A DNA stretch of 64,000 nucleotides from a virus, in the IMG/VR virus record IMGVR_UViG_3300042945_001831, positions 1 to 64,000 of that record. One strand, 5' to 3'. Position 1 is the stretch's first letter. Every line of letters begins with the position of its first letter. Shown one piece after another: positions 7,753 through 13,917 of this stretch. The position numbers and the translations under genes are program-made. Under the pieces are notes generated by a model that did not search any database, was not told the origin of the DNA, and saw only the letters and a program-made list of their open reading frames with translations.

Positions 7753-7881
7753 ATGACTATCCGTTTCACTTACGACATTAACACTCAACAAAAAGTTTAT
7801 GCCGTATGTAACACCAATGGTGATTGTAAGTATTTGACTACTTCGATTACTGATGCTATTAAACTCTGCCAACAAAACTGA
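7753..7881 (+). CDS. small hypothetical protein (42 aa)
   Basis: ATG 7753 to TGA 7879-7881, MTIRFTYDINTQQKVYAVCNTNGDCKYLTTSITDAIKLCQQN. Confidence 0.5.
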   Translation: MTIRFTYDINTQQKVYAVCNTNGDCKYLTTSITDAIKLCQQN

Positions 7882-7882
7882 A

Positions 7883-8074
7883 ATGATTATCCTACACAAA
7901 GAAGATCACGGTTGTGTTTATAAGTTAGGTGAAGAGTATGAACTATTCTATGCTCCGATCTATACTGATAATACAATCAATTTGAATGAGTTTCATCCAG
8001 TAGATTTAGCAGAGTATGATGATGTGAATGAGATTGAAGATATTCAATCACAACTGATTACATTGAATCAATGA
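7883..8074 (+). CDS. small acidic hypothetical protein
   Basis: ATG 7883, MIILHKEDHGCVYKLGEEYELFYAPI. Confidence 0.65.
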   Translation: MIILHKEDHGCVYKLGEEYELFYAPIYTDNTINLNEFHPVDLAEYDDVNEIEDIQSQLITLNQ

Positions 8075-8311
8075 AGATCAGATGGAAGAGATTAACACTC
8101 AAGCATAAGAGATAATTATCATTTGATATGTAAGAATGTTTTAATTGATAATTAAATTAAATGTATTAAAAAACATAGTTGAGTGTTTTGTTGTGTTATA
8201 ATGATAGTGTTATATAAAGGTTCTTATAACCTGTCTAGACACTTATAAATGCCTCTAGTTCTTGTTCTTATGCTTCTCTAAACCCCTCTAGTTCTTGTTG
8301 TCTAAGCCCGC

Positions 8312-8340
8312 ATTATACCATAAACCCCATAAAAAGTCAA
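8312..8340 (-). promoter_or_regulatory. strong leftward sigma70-type promoter
   Basis: minus strand TTGACT-17-TATAAT with extended TG. Confidence 0.75.
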
Positions 8341-8346
8341 GGGCAC

Positions 8347-8405
8347 ACAGACACTCCTAGGACTGGCACAACACATATTGACAGAATCTCGACAATTCTT
8401 ATAAG
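8347..8405 (+). promoter_or_regulatory. degenerate early palindromic element with possible rightward promoter
   Basis: ACAGACAC-N8-CTGGCACA (8347-8370); TTGACA 8378-8383; TATAAG 8400-8405, 29 bp after the element. Confidence 0.45.
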
Positions 8406-8412
8406 TCTCGTG

Positions 8413-8624
8413 CCTGTGGAAAAATAGTTTTCCACAGGTTTCATTCATTTCCTATAGGGGAAAGTAATGATTTTCACAGAATAGTTTTCCACAGGTTTAT
8501 AATAATTTGTAGTGTTTGCAAGGGTTTATAAGAATTGCCCTGTGGAAAACTATTCAAAACCTGTGGAAAACTTGTGGAAAACTATTCGTTATATTCCACA
8601 GAGTTCGTTATATCCTGTGGAAAA
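8413..8624. repeat. cluster of cyanobacterial-type DnaA boxes (TTTTCCACA)
   Basis: perfect copies at 8415(-), 8428(+), 8485(+), 8541(-), 8562(-), 8573(-), 8616(-); one-mismatch TATTCCACA at 8592; TTATCCACA at 8870-8878. Confidence 0.8.
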
Positions 8625-9018
8625 CAGTTCGTTATTCATAGAACTTCGTCATAAGACTTCGTTATACATAACAGTTCGTCATAACACTTCGTTGTACTCA
8701 TAGTATAAACATATAATTGTCTTATAGTATAATAATATAACAGTATCGTTATTAGACACCTCCCATACAGTTTGCTATTCGGTTCGTCCTGTGCTATACT
8801 ATTCGTTGTATATAGTTCTGTGTACTCACTTGTAGTCTCACTGTCTTATACTTTAGAAGCACTTCGTCTTTATCCACACCCCCCATACAGTTTATTATTT
8901 GAATCTGACAGTGTTGTATAAGCACTTATATCGTGCTCTTCGTTATAAGGACACCCCCCATATAGTTTATTATTTTTATAACACAGTAATGAATATAAAG
9001 TATTCGTCATTGTTCGTT
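8585..9018 (+). repeat. 13 co-oriented TTCGTY repeats (iteron-like)
   Basis: TTCGT starts at 8585, 8604, 8628, 8645, 8658, 8675, 8688, 8783, 8802, 8863, 8939, 9003, 9013. Confidence 0.75.
8755..8975 (+). repeat. three direct repeats ACACCYCCCATAYAGTTT(ATTATTT)
   Basis: copies at 8755-8773, 8875-8900, 8950-8975. Confidence 0.75.
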
Positions 9019-9246
9019 TATTATAATAAAACAGCACTGTTTTGACAGTTATATTTTGTGTTGTTGTATTCTTATACCTAACCGATGCCCCCCCCCCTAA
9101 AGCTAAAAAAGCAAACTACCCTAACCTACAAACCTTTGAAAACGTTCGAGAGATTGAGAATAAAATAAAAAAATTTCCGGAAAAATTTTTATTCAAAAAG
9201 GTTAAAATGCTATATAAAAACAAAAGAGTAAAAATGCGTAAGGGTT

Positions 9247-9399
9247 ATGAAATTTGAATTTGACGATTATGAGAAAGATGTATTATTGGAGACGATTCAA
9301 TATCGTTTAGATGTTGATAAGATGTTAGTAATCAATGATAGTTTAAGAAAAGATGTTGAAGATTTATTTCGAAAGATAGAAGAAGATGAATACTTATAA
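9247..9399 (+). CDS. small hypothetical protein (50 aa)
   Basis: AAGGG RBS, MKFEFDDYEKDVLLETIQYRLDVDKMLVINDSLRKDVEDLFRKIEEDEYL. Confidence 0.6.
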   Translation: MKFEFDDYEKDVLLETIQYRLDVDKMLVINDSLRKDVEDLFRKIEEDEYL

Positions 9400-9556
9400 T
9401 ATTTCAGTTCGGGGTGTGAATATAATCGAGGAAATTCCCCAGAAAGACTTACAGGAAAAACTGAAATTGGTCAGAGGACTTGTATGGACGAGTGGGGGAG
9501 GAAACGAAGATATCACAGTATCTCTAAATAATAACGAAGTACCTTGCAATGAGTAA
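9386..9556 (+). CDS. small hypothetical protein (56 aa)
   Basis: ATG 9386 to TAA 9554-9556, MNTYNISVRGVNIIEEIPQKDLQEKLKLVRGLVWTSGG. Confidence 0.55.
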   Translation: MNTYNISVRGVNIIEEIPQKDLQEKLKLVRGLVWTSGGGNEDITVSLNNNEVPCNE

Positions 9557-9572
9557 ATTGTAATGGTATAAT
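9544..9572 (+). promoter_or_regulatory. sigma70-type promoter
   Basis: TTGCAA-17-TATAAT with extended TG. Confidence 0.7.
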
Positions 9573-9597
9573 ATCAAATGTATAGTGAAAAAAATTT

Positions 9598-10347
9598 ATG
9601 GCTAAAGGATTTACAGTTAAAACAGTAGCACCTAAAGTATCATCTTCTGATGAATTTAATTTAGATGCAGCAAAAGAAATGATTCGTGGAAAGTCTGTGG
9701 TATTTTGTTTGCCAGGACGAGGAGTATCTTATACGTATTTGAAGAACTTTGTTCAGCTATGTTTTGATTTAGTACAGAGCGGAGCAAGTATTCAGATTTC
9801 ACAAGATTATTCAAGTATGGTTAATTTTGCGAGATGTAAGTGTTTAGGAGCAAATGTTCTCAGAGGACCAAAGCAAGTTCCTTGGGATGGGAAACTGAAT
9901 TATGATTATCAACTATGGATTGATAGTGATATTGTATTTGACACTGAAAAATTCTATCGTCTTGTTGCAATGGATAAAGACATTGCAGCAGGTTGGTATT
10001 GTACCGAAGATGGTATGACCACCTCAGTTGCTCATTGGTTGGAAGAAGAAGATTTTAGAAGCAATGGTGGTGTTATGAATCATGAAACAATTGAAACCAT
10101 GAGCAAACGTCGCAAACCGTTTACAGTAGATTACACAGGATTTGGTTGGGTTCTAATCAAGAAGGGTGTATTTGAAAATCTAGAATATCCTTGGTTTGCT
10201 CCGAAGATGCAACAATTTGAGAGTGGTGAAGTGCAGGACATGTGTGGCGAGGATGTCTCATTCTGTTTAGATGCAAAAGAAGCAGGTTATGAGATTTGGT
10301 GTGATCCAAGAATTCGAGTTGGTCATGAAAAGACTAGAATTATCTGA
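9598..10347 (+). CDS. GT-A fold glycosyltransferase-like protein
   Basis: DxD motif WIDSD, GFGWVLIKKGVFE, GEDVSFC, VGHEK. Confidence 0.75.
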   Translation: MAKGFTVKTVAPKVSSSDEFNLDAAKEMIRGKSVVFCLPGRGVSYTYLKNFVQLCFDLVQSGASIQISQDYSSMVNFARCKCLGANVLRGPKQVPWDGKLNYDYQLWIDSDIVFDTEKFYRLVAMDKDIAAGWYCTEDGMTTSVAHWLEEEDFRSNGGVMNHETIETMSKRRKPFTVDYTGFGWVLIKKGVFENLEYPWFAPKMQQFESGEVQDMCGEDVSFCLDAKEAGYEIWCDPRIRVGHEKTRII

Positions 10348-10368
10348 GTCTGGACTCTAAGTTCCTTC

Positions 10369-10398
10369 TTGACGTTTTCAGTCATTATATGATATAAT
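10369..10398 (+). promoter_or_regulatory. sigma70-type promoter
   Basis: TTGACG-18-TATAAT with extended TG. Confidence 0.6.
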
Positions 10399-10435
10399 AA
10401 CCCTATAAGATTTTAACAGTCTTATAGGGTTTTTT
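10399..10435 (+). terminator. intrinsic terminator
   Basis: 12-bp stem AACCCTATAAGA/TCTTATAGGGTT followed by a T run. Confidence 0.75.
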
Positions 10436-10503
10436 GTGATTTATATAAACTACAAAATCCGTGTAAAAATCCGTCTTTTAAACCAAATTGGAGAAAATTT
10501 AAA

Positions 10504-10638
10504 ATGGCAGTATCAAAGAAAGAAATGAAGATTGAGAGTACTCCAAAAAATACTCGACAAGGTGATGGAAAAAATACTAAATATAGTGCAACAAGTCGTA
10601 ATGTTGCCCGTAAGCGTTATAGGGGTCAAGGTAAATAA
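10504..10638 (+). CDS. small basic protein (44 aa)
   Basis: GGAG RBS; MAVSKKEMKIESTPKNTRQGDGKNTKYSATSRNVARKRYRGQGK. Confidence 0.75.
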   Translation: MAVSKKEMKIESTPKNTRQGDGKNTKYSATSRNVARKRYRGQGK

Positions 10639-10687
10639 TATTCAAGTGAGCATGTATTAATTTACATGCTTTTTTAATACAAATACT

Positions 10688-11320
10688 ATGGCATACTTAA
10701 ATCACAATCTTCCAACTTTTACTTGTTACATTCGTAATGAGTTCTTACACAATCACCAAAGCGGTCACGGTGAGGTCACTTTATGTGATGTTCACTCCGT
10801 AGCATCCCTTGAGAAAAGAGTTCCTTTATTTGAGGCATTTCTGGAGAATGGTGTGAACTGGACAAGAAGACCTATTCATGCATTTTGCTGGAAACCAGAT
10901 GCACCTGTACCAAAATTAGAAGAATGCATGTGGTGGGATTGCTTCTCACCTTATATTGATGTTCAAATTCGCTCAAGACTTGCTGGACTAAGAGCAGAAC
11001 TAATCAATTATAAGGGTGAAAAGAAAGAAGGCACCTACATGTTCACTATGGATTGGTCTTGGGAATCAAAATCGACTTTGAATACCAATTTTAGTGAAAC
11101 CCCGGAGCACAAATGCGCTCATTTCTTTAAAATGGATGATGGAAATTTCTATGCATATCCAAATAATAAGATCTTATGGTACGACGATGCCTGGATTCAT
11201 AATAGGATTACACAAAATCCTGGATATCTTATAGATATGAATGAATACTCAGTGGAAAATAAGAGAAAAATCGAAACCTCCGACGATTATATGTACAAAA
11301 TCGGGATAGAAACCCCGTAA
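10688..11320 (+). CDS. hypothetical protein
   Basis: 210-aa ORF, W/C-rich, motifs WWDCFS, PEHKCAH, GNFYAYPNN. Confidence 0.85.
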   Translation: MAYLNHNLPTFTCYIRNEFLHNHQSGHGEVTLCDVHSVASLEKRVPLFEAFLENGVNWTRRPIHAFCWKPDAPVPKLEECMWWDCFSPYIDVQIRSRLAGLRAELINYKGEKKEGTYMFTMDWSWESKSTLNTNFSETPEHKCAHFFKMDDGNFYAYPNNKILWYDDAWIHNRITQNPGYLIDMNEYSVENKRKIETSDDYMYKIGIETP

Positions 11321-11353
11321 AAAGTTCTAATTCACCTTAGAATTAGGAAATGT

Positions 11354-11590
11354 ATGTACAAAAACACAGATAGAGATCAAAATTACATGTATAAAATGTG
11401 GGGAACAACACATTTAGTGACTGATTACACTCCCGAACCGAAAAAAAAGGTTCTCCAAGAGATTATGCACGACTTGGCACCACATCATGACCTTAAGAAA
11501 CAAACTGATCTTCATGAAAAAATAAGAAATGATGAAGATTATGATGATTGGGAATATGGAACTGAACCAAACTACGGAAAAAATTGGTAA
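11354..11590 (+). CDS. hypothetical protein
   Basis: 78-aa ORF with AGGA RBS, upstream of gp25. Confidence 0.7.
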   Translation: MYKNTDRDQNYMYKMWGTTHLVTDYTPEPKKKVLQEIMHDLAPHHDLKKQTDLHEKIRNDEDYDDWEYGTEPNYGKNW

Positions 11591-11627
11591 AAAAGTATTA
11601 TAGATATATTAAAGCATAAAAAGATGA

Positions 11628-12029
11628 ATGGCAGTAACAATTTCTCGTAGTTTTAAGGACATTAGTTTGTCTTTTGCGAGGCATCCAGTTACGAATGATG
11701 TGATTGCACTTAAAAATGAGGATGCAATTAAAAAATCTGTTATAAATTTGGTCAGAACTCGTCTCGGTGAGAGATTTTTTAATGATTTGTTGGGTACATC
11801 TGTAGAAAATTCAATGTTTGAATTGCAAAATTCAGGCATAGGTTCATTTTTACAAGAAGAAATTACATCATTATTGAATAATTTCGAACCTAGAATCAAA
11901 TTAAGAACTGTTTTTGTTGATGAACCAGCAGACACAAATGATTTAAACATTAATGTTTCTTATGATATTGTTGGATTACCATTTCCGACACAAAATATAG
12001 AATTCATCTTACAACCAACAAGAGTATAA
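11628..12029 (+). CDS. gp25: baseplate wedge subunit gp25
   Basis: DISLSF..HPVTND, AIKKSVINLVRTRLGERFF, NFEPRI; directly precedes gp6. Confidence 0.92.
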   Translation: MAVTISRSFKDISLSFARHPVTNDVIALKNEDAIKKSVINLVRTRLGERFFNDLLGTSVENSMFELQNSGIGSFLQEEITSLLNNFEPRIKLRTVFVDEPADTNDLNINVSYDIVGLPFPTQNIEFILQPTRV

Positions 12030-13915
12030 TGTCATTCAATCAGTTTACAAATTTAGATTTCAACGATTTGCGAACTCAGATTAAAGATTATCTGAGAGCA
12101 AATCCTAATTTTACTGATTTTGACTTTGAGGGATCCAATTTTTCAGTTTTAATTGATCTTCTTGCGTATAATAGTTACATTACATCATATAATACTAATA
12201 TGGCTATCAATGAGTCATTCATTGATAGCTCTACATTAAGAGAAAATGTAGTTTCTTTAGCAAGAAATATTGGTTATGTTCCAAGATCTGTTAAATCTTC
12301 AAAAGCAAAGATTAGTTTTAGCGTAGATGTCAGTAACATTAATACAAGATTAGTAAAATTGAATGCTGGTGTAGTTGCTTTGGGGTCAGTTCAGGGAGGA
12401 AATTATATTTTTTCAATTCCAGAAGATATTTCTGTTACTCCAGATAGTAGTGGAGTTGCATCATTTGATAATATTGAGATTTATGAAGGAACATTTTTAA
12501 AAAAGACGTTTAATGTAGACAATTCGCAAGCAAATACAAAATATATCTTACCAAATGCAAATATTGACACCTCAACAGTTAGAGTTTCTGTTACTGGCAC
12601 CACAACAGAAAAATATGAACTCTATAAAAATATTTTTACAGTAGAATCAACCTCAAAAATCTTTTTAATTCAAGAAATTGATGACGAAAAGTATCAAATT
12701 TTGTTTGGGGACAACATTTTTGGCAAAAATCCAGAAAATGGTAGTACAATTAGTGTATCATACATTGTAACGAACGGAATTGATGGCAATGGTGGTGCAA
12801 ATTTCACATTTTCTGGCAATTTATCTTATGTGGAGAACGGAATTGATAAACCAGTCACCTCTGGAATATCTCTTCTTACCACTCTACAACCGTCTGAAAA
12901 CGGAGATGGCATTGAATCTATAGATACGATCAAATATCTTGCTCCAAGGGTCTATGCATCGCAATACAGGGCAGTTACGTCCAATGATTATACAAGTTTA
13001 ATTCCATTTTTATATTCAAATGTAGATTCGGCAAGCGCCTATGGTGGGGAAGAACTTGATCCTCCACAATATGGCAAAGTTTATATTACAATTAAACCAA
13101 AAAATGGTGAGACTCTTTCTGATGTTACAAAAAATTCAATTAAAAATGATTTAAAGAAATATACAGTAGCAGGAATTAAGCAAGAATTTATTGATTTGAA
13201 ATATTTGTATATAGAATATGATTCGACAGTATCATATGACCCAAGTTTTGTACCAAATAAAGAAAATCTTTATACAAAAATTCAATCGACAATAAATTCG
13301 TATTCAAAATCTTCCGATATCAATTCTTTTGGTGGAAGAATTAAATATAGTAAGTTGATTTCATTAATTGATAATGTAGATAAGGGCATAACGTCAAATA
13401 TTACTCTTTTAAAAATGAGAAGGAATCTTTCTCCTGCATATAATATACTTGCTAACTACGAATTATGTTTTGTGAACAAATTTCATGCAGATGTTTATGG
13501 ATTTAATATTCGTTCAACATCGTTTAAAATAAGTGGAGTGGATGGCGATATATATTTAACTGATCTTCCAGATGATTCTACAGGAAAAAAAGGAAAAATT
13601 AGATTTTTTACCTTGATTGATGGATCTCCAAATTTTATCAATAATAATGCAGGAGTAGTAAATTATGAAAAAGGAGAAATTATATTATATCCAGTAACTA
13701 TTACATCTACAAAATCTTCTGTTGGAATTGAAATCGAAGTTGTTCCAGATTCTAATGATATTATTGCAAAAGAGAATCTTTATATTGTCCTAGATACTAC
13801 AAGCAATAGTTCACTAAATCTTATAGAAGATCCAATATCTTCTGGATCTAATAAATCTGGAAACTCTTACGTTCCACCTTCTAGTTTCACAAGTAATAAA
13901 AAGTATACAAGATAA
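12029..13915 (+). CDS. gp6: baseplate wedge subunit gp6
   Basis: LDFNDLRTQIKDYL, DFDFEGSNFSVLIDLLAYN, QYRAVTSNDY, GGEELDPPQYGKV. Confidence 0.95.
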   Translation: MSFNQFTNLDFNDLRTQIKDYLRANPNFTDFDFEGSNFSVLIDLLAYNSYITSYNTNMAINESFIDSSTLRENVVSLARNIGYVPRSVKSSKAKISFSVDVSNINTRLVKLNAGVVALGSVQGGNYIFSIPEDISVTPDSSGVASFDNIEIYEGTFLKKTFNVDNSQANTKYILPNANIDTSTVRVSVTGTTTEKYELYKNIFTVESTSKIFLIQEIDDEKYQILFGDNIFGKNPENGSTISVSYIVTNGIDGNGGANFTFSGNLSYVENGIDKPVTSGISLLTTLQPSENGDGIESIDTIKYLAPRVYASQYRAVTSNDYTSLIPFLYSNVDSASAYGGEELDPPQYGKVYITIKPKNGETLSDVTKNSIKNDLKKYTVAGIKQEFIDLKYLYIEYDSTVSYDPSFVPNKENLYTKIQSTINSYSKSSDINSFGGRIKYSKLISLIDNVDKGITSNITLLKMRRNLSPAYNILANYELCFVNKFHADVYGFNIRSTSFKISGVDGDIYLTDLPDDSTGKKGKIRFFTLIDGSPNFINNNAGVVNYEKGEIILYPVTITSTKSSVGIEIEVVPDSNDIIAKENLYIVLDTTSNSSLNLIEDPISSGSNKSGNSYVPPSSFTSNKKYTR

Positions 13916-13917
13916 AG

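Larger units (their letters stand above)
8094..9200. other. putative replication origin / large non-coding control region
   Basis: AT-rich tract at about 8110-8220, leftward promoter, DnaA-box cluster, TTCGTY repeats, ACACCCCCCATAYAGTTT repeats; no credible ORF. Confidence 0.65.

Noticed and set aside
151-8370. Repeated palindromes as a CRISPR array
   Set aside because: Copies are separated by hundreds to >1000 bp containing whole genes, are degenerate, and are tied to -10 boxes; no cas genes are present.
151-8370. Palindromes as NtcA or CRP sites, or as intrinsic terminators
   Set aside because: Half-site sequence and spacing do not match GTA-N8-TAC or TGTGA-N6-TCACA; there are no following U-tracts and some copies cannot pair well.
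8512-8703. 63-aa ORF in the repeat region
   Set aside because: GTG start without RBS; the translation merely reflects the DNA repeats (PVEN, RHxTSLY).
9042-9257. 71-aa ORF across the C-tract
   Set aside because: TTG start, low-complexity product derived from homopolymer tracts, and no RBS.
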